Below, piece after piece: positions 32,269-41,873 of a stretch of DNA of 64,000 nt. How positions within the stretch are numbered: position 1 is the stretch's first letter; each line of letters starts with the position of its first letter. The notes under the pieces were generated by a model. That model saw only the letters and a list, made by a program, of their open reading frames with translations. It was not told the origin of the DNA and did not search any database. The stretch is from an uncultured Planctomycetales bacterium (GTDB lineage Bacteria > Omnitrophota > Gorgyraeia > Zapsychrales > JAHFFX01), in contig CAYJRN010000003.1 in assembly GCA_964372915.1 (NCBI GenBank), forward strand, positions 16,376 through 80,375, in the 5' to 3' direction. The position numbers and the translations under genes were made by a program.

Positions 32269-32720
32269 ACTTTAAGGAAATCAAGGAACTTATCAATCTC
32301 ATGAATGAGAACGATCTTTCGGAACTGGAGATTGAGAAAGAGGGATCGAAGATTAAACTCAAGAAGGCTCTTGCGGATTTCCCGGACGCCCTCCCCCGTC
32401 AACCCGCCTCTTATCGCTTAGAAAATATTCCCGCCGCCTCTAAGGCCCTCGGAGAATCGGGCGGCGGCTCAGCCAAGGCCACCCAGCCTATCACTTCTCC
32501 CATGGTCGGCACGTTTTACCGCGCCGCTTCCCCGGAGGCTCCGTCTTTTGTGGAAGTCGGCCAGACCGTGGAGATCGGGCAGGTGGTGTGCATTGTGGAA
32601 GCGATGAAATTGATGAACGAGATCAAGTCGGAAATCAGAGGCAAGGTCGTTGAGGTGGCCGTGGAAAATGCCGAGCCTGTCGAATTTGGGCAGACATTAT
32701 TCGTCGTGGAGCCGCTGTAG
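32265..32720 (+). CDS. accB: Biotin carboxyl carrier protein
   Basis: EAMKLMNEI biotinyl-lysine motif. Confidence 0.9.
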   Translation: MNFKEIKELINLMNENDLSELEIEKEGSKIKLKKALADFPDALPRQPASYRLENIPAASKALGESGGGSAKATQPITSPMVGTFYRAASPEAPSFVEVGQTVEIGQVVCIVEAMKLMNEIKSEIRGKVVEVAVENAEPVEFGQTLFVVEPL

Positions 32721-32732
32721 AATTGGAGTTTC

Positions 32733-34094
32733 ATGTTCTCAAAGATTCTGATCGCCAATCGCGGCGAAATCGCTTTACGGGTTATCCGTGCCTGCAAGGA
32801 AATGAACATCCGCACGGTCGCCGTTTTTTCCCAGGCCGACCGTGAATCCTCGCATGTGCGCTTTGCCGACGAGGCTGTTTGTATCGGCAATGCCCCCAGC
32901 CGGGACAGTTATTTGAACATCCCGGCCATCATTTCGGCCGCGGAAATCACCGATGTGGAGGCCATTCACCCCGGGTATGGGTTTCTCTCGGAGAACGCGC
33001 ACTTTGCCGAGATTTGCGAATCCTGTCATATTACTTTTATTGGTCCAACGCCGCAGACGATCCGTCTCATGGGCGATAAGGTAATGGCGCGCGAGACGAT
33101 GCGTAAAGTCGGTATTCCCGTGACCCCGGGCTCTGAAGGGGTCGTGAAGACCCAGCAGGAAGCGCTCGATATCGCGAAAAAAATTAAATACCCCGTCATC
33201 ATTAAGGCGTCGGCCGGCGGCGGCGGCAAAGGCATACGCGTGTGCCATAATGATGTCACCTTGCGCAGCCAGTTCGCCATCGCCAAGAACGAAGCGGAAG
33301 CGAATTTTGGCAATCCGGACGTTTACATTGAAAAATATATTTCCGATCCCCGGCACATTGAATTCCAAATCGTCGCCGATCATCACGGGCATATCATCCA
33401 TCTGGGCGAGCGTGATTGCAGCGTGCAAAGACGGCATCAGAAACTGCTCGAGGAATCTCCTTCACCGGCACTCGACGGTAAACTGAGAAAGAAAATGGGG
33501 GAGGTGGCGGTCAAGGCCGCCAGGGTCGCCAATTACCGCGGCGTGGGGACGATCGAATTTCTTTTGGACGCTGACGGCGTGTTTTATTTCATGGAGATGA
33601 ACACCCGTATTCAGGTGGAACACCCCGTCACCGAGATGGTGACGGGAATCGACATCGTCAAAGAGCAGATTCGTCTTGCCTACGGCGGGAAGCTTAAGAT
33701 GCGCCAGGACGATGTGAAGTTAAAAGGCGCCGCCATCGAATGCCGCATCAACGCCGAGGATCCGTCCAACAACTTTCTACCTTCGCCGGGAAAGATCGAA
33801 GAGCTCAATCTTCCGGGCGGTTATGGCGTGCGGGTCGACACGCATATTTATCCAGGGTATGTGATCGGGCCCCATTACGATTCCATGGTGGCAAAACTCA
33901 TCGTGCACGGTAAAACCCGTGAAGAGGCCATTCGCATTATGCTGAGGGCCTTGGATGAATTTTATGTGGCCCCGATCAAGACGACCATCGATCTTCACCA
34001 AAAAATTCTGAATCATCCATTATTCGTGAAGGGCCAGGTTTCCACCCATTTCTTGGAGAAGATGATGAAAAGCGAGGGGGAGGTTCACAAATGA
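32733..34094 (+). CDS. accC: Biotin carboxylase
   Basis: ATP-grasp biotin carboxylase sequence, 453 aa. Confidence 0.93.
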   Translation: MFSKILIANRGEIALRVIRACKEMNIRTVAVFSQADRESSHVRFADEAVCIGNAPSRDSYLNIPAIISAAEITDVEAIHPGYGFLSENAHFAEICESCHITFIGPTPQTIRLMGDKVMARETMRKVGIPVTPGSEGVVKTQQEALDIAKKIKYPVIIKASAGGGGKGIRVCHNDVTLRSQFAIAKNEAEANFGNPDVYIEKYISDPRHIEFQIVADHHGHIIHLGERDCSVQRRHQKLLEESPSPALDGKLRKKMGEVAVKAARVANYRGVGTIEFLLDADGVFYFMEMNTRIQVEHPVTEMVTGIDIVKEQIRLAYGGKLKMRQDDVKLKGAAIECRINAEDPSNNFLPSPGKIEELNLPGGYGVRVDTHIYPGYVIGPHYDSMVAKLIVHGKTREEAIRIMLRALDEFYVAPIKTTIDLHQKILNHPLFVKGQVSTHFLEKMMKSEGEVHK

Positions 34095-34447
34095 GAGATT
34101 TAAGCCGCGTCGATTTGGGTTCTATCCAGGTTCACAAAAAGGCCATTGCCGACATTGCCGTCTCGGCGCTCTCTGAGCTCGACGGGGTCAGCCTTATGCC
34201 TGCGGATTTACCCACACAGTTCATGGAATTTTTCGGGCAGAAAAGTTATCCCGGTATTATTGTGACGGTTGACAAGAACAACCAGGTGACTTTGGAATTG
34301 AGGCTCCGTATCCGCTACGGCATCAGTGTTGCCGATATCGCGCGGCAGATCCAAGAGACGGTGCGTTCGGCCATCGAAAGGACCGTCGACATCAACTTAA
34401 AAGACATTAACGTCAACATCCAAGGCATAGAGAGGGGGAAGGCATGA
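34091..34447 (+). CDS. Asp23/Gls24-family stress protein
   Basis: Asp23 pattern. Confidence 0.7.
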   Translation: MRDLSRVDLGSIQVHKKAIADIAVSALSELDGVSLMPADLPTQFMEFFGQKSYPGIIVTVDKNNQVTLELRLRIRYGISVADIARQIQETVRSAIERTVDINLKDINVNIQGIERGKA

Positions 34448-35055
34448 GGCTATTCACTCGGGTCGCCATATTTTTTTACGTTCTTACGTTATCGGTCTTG
34501 TGCGGGATGATGATTCTTTTCGTCGCTCATGCCGTTACGCTGCCGGAATTGAACAGTCTGATCGAAATTGCGTATGACGATTCGGATATTCGAATGGTTA
34601 TCGGCATCATCAACGCCGCCCTCATTATCGTGAGCTTTATGTCGGCAAGGATCATTTACGGCAGTTACGCGAAAGAACGCACGATCGCCTTCGACAACCC
34701 CACGGGCCGGGTCACAATTTCTTTACATGCCATTGAAGATTTGGTCCGCCGGGTGATGTTAAGAATGAACGAGATCAAGGAAGTTAAAACCAATATCATT
34801 GCCACAAAAAAGGGTTTGGAGGTCGAATCGAGGCTGGTCCTTAAAGCCGAGGTGAACATTCCCGAAATGACCGCGCATTTGCAGGAGATGGTGAAGACCA
34901 AGATTCAGGATACGATCGGCATTGAAGAGTCTGTGGTAGTTAAGATCCACGTCATCAAGATTACCGCCGAGGATTTGAAAGCGAAGAAAAACAAAGCGAA
35001 CGAGGATGACGATCGTCCCTCGCCGACCTTGCCCTTCCAGGGGTATCGGGCTTAA
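34444..35055 (+). CDS. Asp23-associated membrane anchor (AmaP-like)
   Basis: N-terminal TM helices plus Asp23-adjacent context. Confidence 0.5.
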   Translation: MRLFTRVAIFFYVLTLSVLCGMMILFVAHAVTLPELNSLIEIAYDDSDIRMVIGIINAALIIVSFMSARIIYGSYAKERTIAFDNPTGRVTISLHAIEDLVRRVMLRMNEIKEVKTNIIATKKGLEVESRLVLKAEVNIPEMTAHLQEMVKTKIQDTIGIEESVVVKIHVIKITAEDLKAKKNKANEDDDRPSPTLPFQGYRA

Positions 35056-35090
35056 ATTTCACCCTAGAGCAATCATCAAAGGATTTTTTT

Positions 35091-36122
35091 ATGAAAAAGA
35101 TTGGCATTCTGACCGGAGGCGCGGATTGCCCGGGTTTAAATTCCGTCATCCGGGCCGTCGTGCGTAAGGCCATGCTGGAAGGAATGGTGGTGAGCGGCAT
35201 CAAGAATGGTTGGAGTGGACTCATTGACAACGACACGCGTGTCTTGGATTTGCGAACCACCTCCGGGATCCTCGATCGCGGCGGGACGATCCTTGGTACC
35301 AGCCGTATCAATCCGCTCAAAGACCCTACCAAAGAACAGGTTAAAAAGATCAAAGAAAACTATAAGCGCAGCGGTATCGATGCCTTGATCGCCGTCGGCG
35401 GCGAGGAAACCCTCAAAGTCGCCCTCGAGCTGCACAAAGAAGGGATCATTCGCGTGGTCGGTGTGCCCAAATCCATCGACAATGCGCTTTCGGGAACGGA
35501 TTATGCGTTCGGATTCGATACGGCGGTCAACATCGCTACGGAATGCATCGACCGTCTGCACACAACGGCTGAATCTCATCACCGCATTATGGTCATCGAG
35601 GTCATGGGGCTTTATACGGGCTGGATTGCGCTTGAGGCAGGTATTGCCGGCGGGGCCGATTTTATTCTGATCCCCGAGATTCCGGTCAAAATGCAGGAGG
35701 TCTGCGACGCCCTCAAGAACCGCCATAAAAGAGGAAAAAATTTCAGCATCATTGTCATTTCCGAAGGAACCGAGATCGACGGTTATTGCAAAAATCGCGA
35801 GCCTGTGGACGAGCTTTCGCAACGGCGCACGGCCGGAATTGGTGAGCACGTCGCCAACATTATTGAACGGGAAACTGGTTACGAGGCCCGTGTGAGTGTT
35901 TTGGGATATATCCAAAGAGGCGGAACCCCAACGGCCTACGATCGCATCATCGGGACACGTTTCGGCGTCAAGGCGGTGGAGCTTGTCAACGAAGGTAAGT
36001 TCGGTAAGATGGTGAGCTTGAAAGGCGATAAACTGCATTACGTGGATATTGAAGAAGCGGTTCGCGAACGTAAGAAAATCGATATGGAGCTTTATGAGAT
36101 CGCTAAAGTCTTTTTTGCTTAA
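35091..36122 (+). CDS. pfkA: 6-phosphofructokinase
   Basis: GILTGGADCPGLN motif. Confidence 0.88.
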   Translation: MKKIGILTGGADCPGLNSVIRAVVRKAMLEGMVVSGIKNGWSGLIDNDTRVLDLRTTSGILDRGGTILGTSRINPLKDPTKEQVKKIKENYKRSGIDALIAVGGEETLKVALELHKEGIIRVVGVPKSIDNALSGTDYAFGFDTAVNIATECIDRLHTTAESHHRIMVIEVMGLYTGWIALEAGIAGGADFILIPEIPVKMQEVCDALKNRHKRGKNFSIIVISEGTEIDGYCKNREPVDELSQRRTAGIGEHVANIIERETGYEARVSVLGYIQRGGTPTAYDRIIGTRFGVKAVELVNEGKFGKMVSLKGDKLHYVDIEEAVRERKKIDMELYEIAKVFFA

Positions 36123-36145
36123 AAATATTAGGAATCTCCGATCAT

Positions 36146-36709
36146 ATGAAAAATCTCATTAGATCCATTTTTGAAGAATCGATCGCGGTCAAACAAAAAA
36201 CCTTGGAGGATAATCTTGAAGCGATTGTAAAATCCGTCAATACTATCGCGGATTGTTTTAAAAAGGGCGGCAAGGTGATTTTTTTCGGTAATGGCGGCTC
36301 GGCCGCCGACAGTCAGCACGCGGCGGCGGAATTCATCGGCCGTTTCCAAAAAGAAAGAAGGTCGCTCGCGGCCATCGCTTTGACGACGGATTCTTCGATT
36401 CTGACGGCGCTGGGCAACGACTATGGATTTGATAGTGTTTTCGCGCGTCAACTCGAGGGCTTGGGAAAGCCAGAAGATGTGGCGGTGGCGATTTCCACCA
36501 GCGGCAATTCCAAGAATGTCTTAAAAGGCGCTCAGCAGGCCAAGAAGATGGGGATGAAGGTCATTGCCTTGAGTGGCTGCGGCGGAGGGAAGCTGGCCCC
36601 TTTAAGCGATATCAACCTCATTGTGCCCTCGAATGTGACGGCGCGGATTCAGGAATCCCATATCTGCCTTTACCATGCGATCTGTGAACTGGTTGAAAAG
36701 AGATTTTAA
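36146..36709 (+). CDS. gmhA: Phosphoheptose isomerase (SIS domain)
   Basis: SIS-domain pattern, 187 aa. Confidence 0.82.
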   Translation: MKNLIRSIFEESIAVKQKTLEDNLEAIVKSVNTIADCFKKGGKVIFFGNGGSAADSQHAAAEFIGRFQKERRSLAAIALTTDSSILTALGNDYGFDSVFARQLEGLGKPEDVAVAISTSGNSKNVLKGAQQAKKMGMKVIALSGCGGGKLAPLSDINLIVPSNVTARIQESHICLYHAICELVEKRF

Positions 36710-36716
36710 CGACAAC

Positions 36717-37202
36717 GTGAATTTTAAAAAGAAAATAGTCAGCCGGGCCGCGCTTAAAAAAATCGTGGCCCGTGAACGTAAAAAAGGAAAAACGATCGCC
36801 TTCACCAACGGCTGTTTTGACATCATCCATTACGGGCATGTCAGTTATTTAACTTCTGCCAAAAAGGACAAGCGGGTTTTGGTGGTCGGGGTGAATTCGG
36901 ATGCTTCGATCCGGGCGATCAAAGGGCCGCATCGCCCGATTATTACGGAAAAAGCCAGGGCGGCGGTTCTGGCGGCCTTTGCGTGCGTGGATTACGTTAC
37001 GATTTTTAAGGAACCGACCCCTTACAGGTTAATTAAGGCACTCCAGCCTGATATTCTGGTGAAGGGCGCCGACTGGAAAGGGAAGGCGGTTGTCGGCAGC
37101 GACATCGTCCGTCAACGGGGCGGCAAAGTCGAATTCATCAAATTTGTCGACCGGTATTCGACAACCGAAATCATCGAATCGATTCTCAAGAAGTGCACGT
37201 AG
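36717..37202 (+). CDS. D-beta-D-heptose 1-phosphate adenylyltransferase (RfaE domain II, cytidylyltransferase fold)
   Basis: FTNGCFDIIHYGH nucleotidyltransferase motif. A GTG start at 36717 is proposed; an alternative start at 36675 would overlap gmhA. Confidence 0.7.
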   Translation: MNFKKKIVSRAALKKIVARERKKGKTIAFTNGCFDIIHYGHVSYLTSAKKDKRVLVVGVNSDASIRAIKGPHRPIITEKARAAVLAAFACVDYVTIFKEPTPYRLIKALQPDILVKGADWKGKAVVGSDIVRQRGGKVEFIKFVDRYSTTEIIESILKKCT

Positions 37203-37211
37203 GGGAAAACA

Positions 37212-37625
37212 GTGCGCGCGCCAGATAGAAAATACTTCCGGGTGATCGACGCCAACTTTAACCGGGCGAAAGAGGCTTTGCGGGTTTGCGAAGATGTTTG
37301 CCGGTTCTTTCTTAATAAAAAAAACTTATCCGCCGGATATAAAGCGGTGCGGCATCAGTTGAGGAATGTCGTGGAGGCTTTGGAGATTACAGATATGATC
37401 AACGCCCGCAACATCCCAAGAGACGTCGGCAAGGGCTCCACCCAAGGTGAACTCAAACGCCGTGACCTGAGCGATATCTTTTACGCCAATTCGCAAAGGG
37501 CCAAGGAATCGGTGCGGGTCCTCGAAGAATTTATGAAGTTATATGATGCGCGTTTGGCGAAAAGAGCGAAGCGTTTGCGTTATAAAATCTATGACCTCGA
37601 AAGAGAGACGGTTAAAAAACTGTAA
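37212..37625 (+). CDS. Conserved hypothetical protein ending exactly where the ThiE domain begins in another frame (possible ThiE N-terminal domain)
   Basis: A 137-aa ORF that stops at an A6 tract. Confidence 0.4.
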   Translation: MRAPDRKYFRVIDANFNRAKEALRVCEDVCRFFLNKKNLSAGYKAVRHQLRNVVEALEITDMINARNIPRDVGKGSTQGELKRRDLSDIFYANSQRAKESVRVLEEFMKLYDARLAKRAKRLRYKIYDLERETVKKL

Positions 37626-38226
37626 GCTTTACCTGGTCCTTGACGCCGAGGCCAGCGATTACGCCAGTCTGCTTCGGGTCCTGCGTCAGGCCGTTGGGAA
37701 AGGCATTGATATCGTCCAGTTGCGTGACAAAAAAGGGACCGCTCAAGATATTTTGGGGTTCGCAGGTGAAGCAAAAAAGATTTTAAAGAATCGAATTCCT
37801 TTCATCATCAACGATCGCGTGGATATTGCCATTGCGGCTCGCGCCCAAGGGGTTCACTTAGGACAAGACGATTGTTCGATCGCTTTCGCCCGGCGGATGA
37901 TGGGCGACAAAGCTATTGTCGGCGCTTCCTGTCAGAATGTGTTCCATGCCCGTCAAGCCGAGCGCGACGGAGCCGATTACATCGGTTTCGGTTCAGTTTT
38001 TAAGACGAAAACTAAACCGCAGCGAAGGCCCATGGACTTGAAGGTATTGTCCCGTGTCGTGAAAGAAATAAGAATCCCGGTGTTCGCCATTGGCGGTATT
38101 GACCTTTCGAATGCGGCGCTGGTCAAAAAAGCCGGGCTTGATCGGGTTGCCGTCACCCGCTGTATCGCGTTAAGTAAAAACGTGGCGCGAACGACGGCAC
38201 AATTGAAAAGATTTTTGGCGGGGTAA
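37543..38226 (+). CDS. thiE: Thiamine-phosphate synthase catalytic domain
   Basis: KLYLVLD...IVQLRDK...GASCQN TIM-barrel ThiE motifs. Start unresolved (37591 ATG or fused to the upstream ORF). Confidence 0.75.
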   Translation: MMRVWRKERSVCVIKSMTSKERRLKNCKLYLVLDAEASDYASLLRVLRQAVGKGIDIVQLRDKKGTAQDILGFAGEAKKILKNRIPFIINDRVDIAIAARAQGVHLGQDDCSIAFARRMMGDKAIVGASCQNVFHARQAERDGADYIGFGSVFKTKTKPQRRPMDLKVLSRVVKEIRIPVFAIGGIDLSNAALVKKAGLDRVAVTRCIALSKNVARTTAQLKRFLAG

Positions 38227-38243
38227 GATTCTTATGGGTTTTC

Positions 38244-38318
<75 letters not shown>

Positions 38319-38329
38319 AGAATACTTTT

Positions 38330-39034
38330 ATGCGGCTTCCATGGAATGTTTTTTTCAAGGTCGGCGCTCTGTTCATTCTGGTTCTTTTTGCCGGCTGTGC
38401 GACAACTGGAGGTAAAAAGGAATTGTCTCCGGGGCCGCTCAAAGCCCCATCGCTTAACAAAGGTGTTTATCACAAGGTCCAATCCGGTGAGACGCTCTGG
38501 CGGATCGCGAAAACCTACAGCGTGGATATCGGGAGTATCGTCAAGATCAACAACATCCCCAACGTCGCGAAAATAGAAAAAGACCAGTTGGTCTTTATCC
38601 CCGGGGCGACAGAAGTGAAGGACGTCCAAGGAGTTGTTCCTTCGGGAAAGCTGGAGGGCGACGCCAACAGTAGTGAATTCATATGGCCCGTGAAGGGGAA
38701 AGTGATTTCCTATTTTGGAGAACGGCAGCGCTTGCGAGTGAACCGTGGTATCTCGATTGAGGCGACGGAAGGTGAAATCGTCCGCGCCGCGCGCGCCGGG
38801 GTCGTCGTCTTTGCAGATTATTTGGCTGGATACGTTTATACGGTGATTCTGGATCACGAAGACGGGTTATTTTCCGTCTATTCGCAAAACGCGAAGCTTC
38901 TGGCAACGGTGGGGACCAGAGTGGCAAAGAATGGCCCCATCGCCCACGTGGGCCGGAATCAAGGTATCGCGTTTTTACATTTTGAAATCCGCAAGAATTC
39001 GATCGCCGATAATCCTTTGTATTATTTGCCATGA
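38330..39034 (+). CDS. LysM / M23 peptidase lipoprotein (NlpD-like)
   Basis: Lipobox LFAGC, LysM domain and M23 domain. Confidence 0.8.
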   Translation: MRLPWNVFFKVGALFILVLFAGCATTGGKKELSPGPLKAPSLNKGVYHKVQSGETLWRIAKTYSVDIGSIVKINNIPNVAKIEKDQLVFIPGATEVKDVQGVVPSGKLEGDANSSEFIWPVKGKVISYFGERQRLRVNRGISIEATEGEIVRAARAGVVVFADYLAGYVYTVILDHEDGLFSVYSQNAKLLATVGTRVAKNGPIAHVGRNQGIAFLHFEIRKNSIADNPLYYLP

Positions 39035-40668
39035 ACACCATCGATCTTAAAAAAGATTTTTTCGGCCGGCACAACGTTCTGTCGCTCTTGAGCCGGCGCG
39101 TCACGGATCTTAAAGAAGGTTACCGGCAGAATATCGCCATTTTGGGCAACCGTTTTGTCGGAAAAACCGCGCTGTTATGTAAATTCCTTTCCACCCTCGA
39201 GGACGATTCGATTATCGACATTTATCTGGATCTCGACACCAAAGACACCCATTACCTTTTCAAAAAATTCGCGGGCAGCCTGCTGTACAATTATTCCCGT
39301 CATGGAAAGCTGCCGTTGCACGAAGATTTGAACCTCCTTATGCAAAGCACCAAATCGTTCATTCCTCAAACGGTCGAAGCAATCAAGAAGATCGAAGTCC
39401 ACATCCATAAAGGAAGGTTTACGGAAGGCTACCGCGAGCTCTTGTCGTTGCCGGATGTCTTCAGCGCCGAGACGGGAAAATTCTGCGTGATTATCTTGGA
39501 CGAATTCCACTGCCTTGAGGAGTTAGGGGTGGCGGATGTTTTTCTGGAACTGGGCAAGAAGATTATGACGCAGAAAAAATGTCTGTATATTGTCACCAGT
39601 TCTTATCCGGTCGTCGCGCGCAAGATCATTGCCGAAAAACTTTCTCTTTTATTCGGTAATTTCGAAATCATTCCTCTTGCCCCCTTTAAGTTGAAAACGG
39701 CCCAGGCGTTTATTGAGCATCATCTCCAAGATATTAAAATCAGCAATCAACTGCGTAACTTCTTAACGGATTTTACCGGCGGGCATCCGTTGTATCTGCA
39801 TTTGATTTGCCAAGAGATTGTGTCTTTGTGCGGCATCCACCGCCAGACAGAGGTCTTCATGCCGCTTTTGCTGCAGGCGCTTGAGAACACGATTTTCAAT
39901 CCCTGGTGTGTCTTGGGACGCCATTTTGATTTTATCATCAATCAACTCTGCATAGGCAAGGGCAACCGCAATGTGGCGGCAATTTTACTGACGCTTGCCA
40001 ACGGCAAACATAAATTAAAAGACATCATGGCGGCGACCGGCCTTAAGAAAACGTTCCTGACGCAGAAACTTTCGCACCTAAAGGAGGTTGGGCTCGTCGT
40101 CAAGAACGGTTTGTTTTATCATCTCGAGGATAAGCTGCTGCGTTACTGGATTAAATATGTTTTTGAGAAACGGATGAATGCCGTTGATCTTAAGCTTGAA
40201 AAACTGCGCCGGGAATTTCAGGAAGAAATCAAACAAGCCTACGGTAACTTTCATATGGTTTCCCAAGAAGGATTATCTTCGCGGATTATTCAGCTCTTAC
40301 AGTGTTTTGACAACGAGGACTTGAATATCAACGGCCGGAAATACAAATTGCCGTTTTTCCGGAACATCGTCCCTTTGAAAAGAATAGAAGAAAGAGACCA
40401 TCCCATTGAGATGATCAAGGCCTCCTCATCGCAAGGAGCCTGGTATATCATCCTGAACAGCGAGACGATCGGAGAGGGGGAACTCAACGCCTTTTTGTCG
40501 GAGTCCAAAAAATTTGATAAAAAACCGATCCGTCGGGTGATCATTTCTCTGTCGGAGCTTGAACCCAACGCGCGTTTGCGCGCTTTGCAGGAGAAAATCT
40601 GGATTTGGAACGAGGATGAGTTAAGAGCGCTTCTCAACATTTACGACCGGCCTTGTATTACCAAATGA
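39031..40668 (+). CDS. PF01637 (archaeal-ATPase-like) P-loop ATPase with wHTH and an extra C-terminal domain
   Basis: Walker A GNRFVGKTAL, Walker B IILDEFH, a DUF234-like wHTH, and 545 aa. Confidence 0.6.
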   Translation: MNTIDLKKDFFGRHNVLSLLSRRVTDLKEGYRQNIAILGNRFVGKTALLCKFLSTLEDDSIIDIYLDLDTKDTHYLFKKFAGSLLYNYSRHGKLPLHEDLNLLMQSTKSFIPQTVEAIKKIEVHIHKGRFTEGYRELLSLPDVFSAETGKFCVIILDEFHCLEELGVADVFLELGKKIMTQKKCLYIVTSSYPVVARKIIAEKLSLLFGNFEIIPLAPFKLKTAQAFIEHHLQDIKISNQLRNFLTDFTGGHPLYLHLICQEIVSLCGIHRQTEVFMPLLLQALENTIFNPWCVLGRHFDFIINQLCIGKGNRNVAAILLTLANGKHKLKDIMAATGLKKTFLTQKLSHLKEVGLVVKNGLFYHLEDKLLRYWIKYVFEKRMNAVDLKLEKLRREFQEEIKQAYGNFHMVSQEGLSSRIIQLLQCFDNEDLNINGRKYKLPFFRNIVPLKRIEERDHPIEMIKASSSQGAWYIILNSETIGEGELNAFLSESKKFDKKPIRRVIISLSELEPNARLRALQEKIWIWNEDELRALLNIYDRPCITK

Positions 40669-40672
40669 AAAT

Positions 40673-40746
40673 CGTTCTTCTTCGCCCCAAGGCTTTCGCG
40701 TTGGGGCTACGAAGCAACTTCGGTCGTATGTAGGCGAAGAAGAACG
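40673..40746 (+). other. A roughly 74-nt three-way-junction RNA-like structure (possible terminator or structured element)
   Basis: Outer stem cgttcttcttcgcc / ggcgaagaagaacg enclosing two hairpins (gccccaa/ttggggc and cgaag/cttcg). Confidence 0.35.
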
Positions 40747-40823
40747 CTGCTGCGAAGCTCCACTGGAATTATTTAATGTGCGGGAGCGAAGCAGAGCAGT
40801 GAAGGCACGAAGGTTTCATCCAA

Positions 40824-41312
40824 ATGAAAATCGGCGTTGTTGCAGATACACATTCTCATAAACTCCCCGCGCAGATGCTGAGTGATTTTAAGAATGTGGA
40901 TGTCATCGTTCATGCGGGCGACTTCTGCACGCTGGATATCTTGAAAGAGCTTGAGAGAGTTCAAGAAGTCAAGGCCGTCTACGGCAATATGGACGGCAAA
41001 GAGATCCGATCCCTTTTTCCCCGAAGCCGGATTCTTAAGCTGGGCGACGTTACCATAGGACTCTTTCACGGCGAAGGGGCGCCGCAAACCCTGTTGGAAA
41101 AAGTCAAATCCGAATTCCATGGGAAAAAAGTGGACGCCGTCGTCTTCGGGCATTCGCATCAGCCCATGAACGAGGTGATTGATCAGGTCTTGTATTTCAA
41201 CCCCGGCAGCCCCAACGACAAGGTCTTTGCGCCCTATTGCTCCTACGGGATTTTGGAGCTTAAAGGTAAAGAGATCGAGGGCAATATCATCAAGGTGAAG
41301 GAAAAAATATGA
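40824..41312 (+). CDS. YfcE-like metallophosphoesterase
   Basis: MKIGVVADTHS and GDF motifs. Confidence 0.75.
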   Translation: MKIGVVADTHSHKLPAQMLSDFKNVDVIVHAGDFCTLDILKELERVQEVKAVYGNMDGKEIRSLFPRSRILKLGDVTIGLFHGEGAPQTLLEKVKSEFHGKKVDAVVFGHSHQPMNEVIDQVLYFNPGSPNDKVFAPYCSYGILELKGKEIEGNIIKVKEKI

Positions 41313-41806
41313 TGGATCATCTTTGGGCGCCGTGGCGGAGCAAGTACATCAGGCTTCTTAAAAATTCGCCGAAGAAATGCGTGTTCTGTCGTATTCATAC
41401 GGGGAAAAAAGACCGAAAGAATTATGTGGTGGTGAGAACAAAGTTTTCCTTCGCGGTCCTCAATATTTATCCTTATAACAATGGGCATCTTTTGATTGTT
41501 CCCAACCGTCACGTCGATAGTCTCTCGAAGTTGAACCGAAATGAACGGGAGGACCTTTGGGACCTTCTGGAAACAATGAAAAAACTTCTCGATAAAGTCC
41601 TCAGACCCGAGGGTTACAATATCGGCATCAATTTGGGGCGCGTGGCCGGGGCAGGATTCCCCGGCCATTTGCATATCCATATGGTGCCGCGCTGGAGAGG
41701 CGATGTCAACTTTATGCCCGTCATCGGCAATACCAAGATCATTTCCCAATCTTTGCAAACGCTGTTTAAACGCTTACGGACGGTTGTTTCTAAAATAAAT
41801 AAATAA
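41309..41806 (+). CDS. HIT-family nucleotide hydrolase/transferase
   Basis: HLHIHMVPR histidine triad. Confidence 0.75.
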   Translation: MMDHLWAPWRSKYIRLLKNSPKKCVFCRIHTGKKDRKNYVVVRTKFSFAVLNIYPYNNGHLLIVPNRHVDSLSKLNRNEREDLWDLLETMKKLLDKVLRPEGYNIGINLGRVAGAGFPGHLHIHMVPRWRGDVNFMPVIGNTKIISQSLQTLFKRLRTVVSKINK

Positions 41807-41873
41807 ATTAAAGAAGCAACCGTCCGTACGGGTTACCATAATATGGATTTTAAAAAGAAAATGTCAGTACAAG

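Noticed and set aside
40673-40746. Cloverleaf-like element as a second tRNA
   Set aside because: The outer stem is 14 bp rather than 7. There is no recognisable D-arm, T-loop (TTCRA) or anticodon loop geometry.
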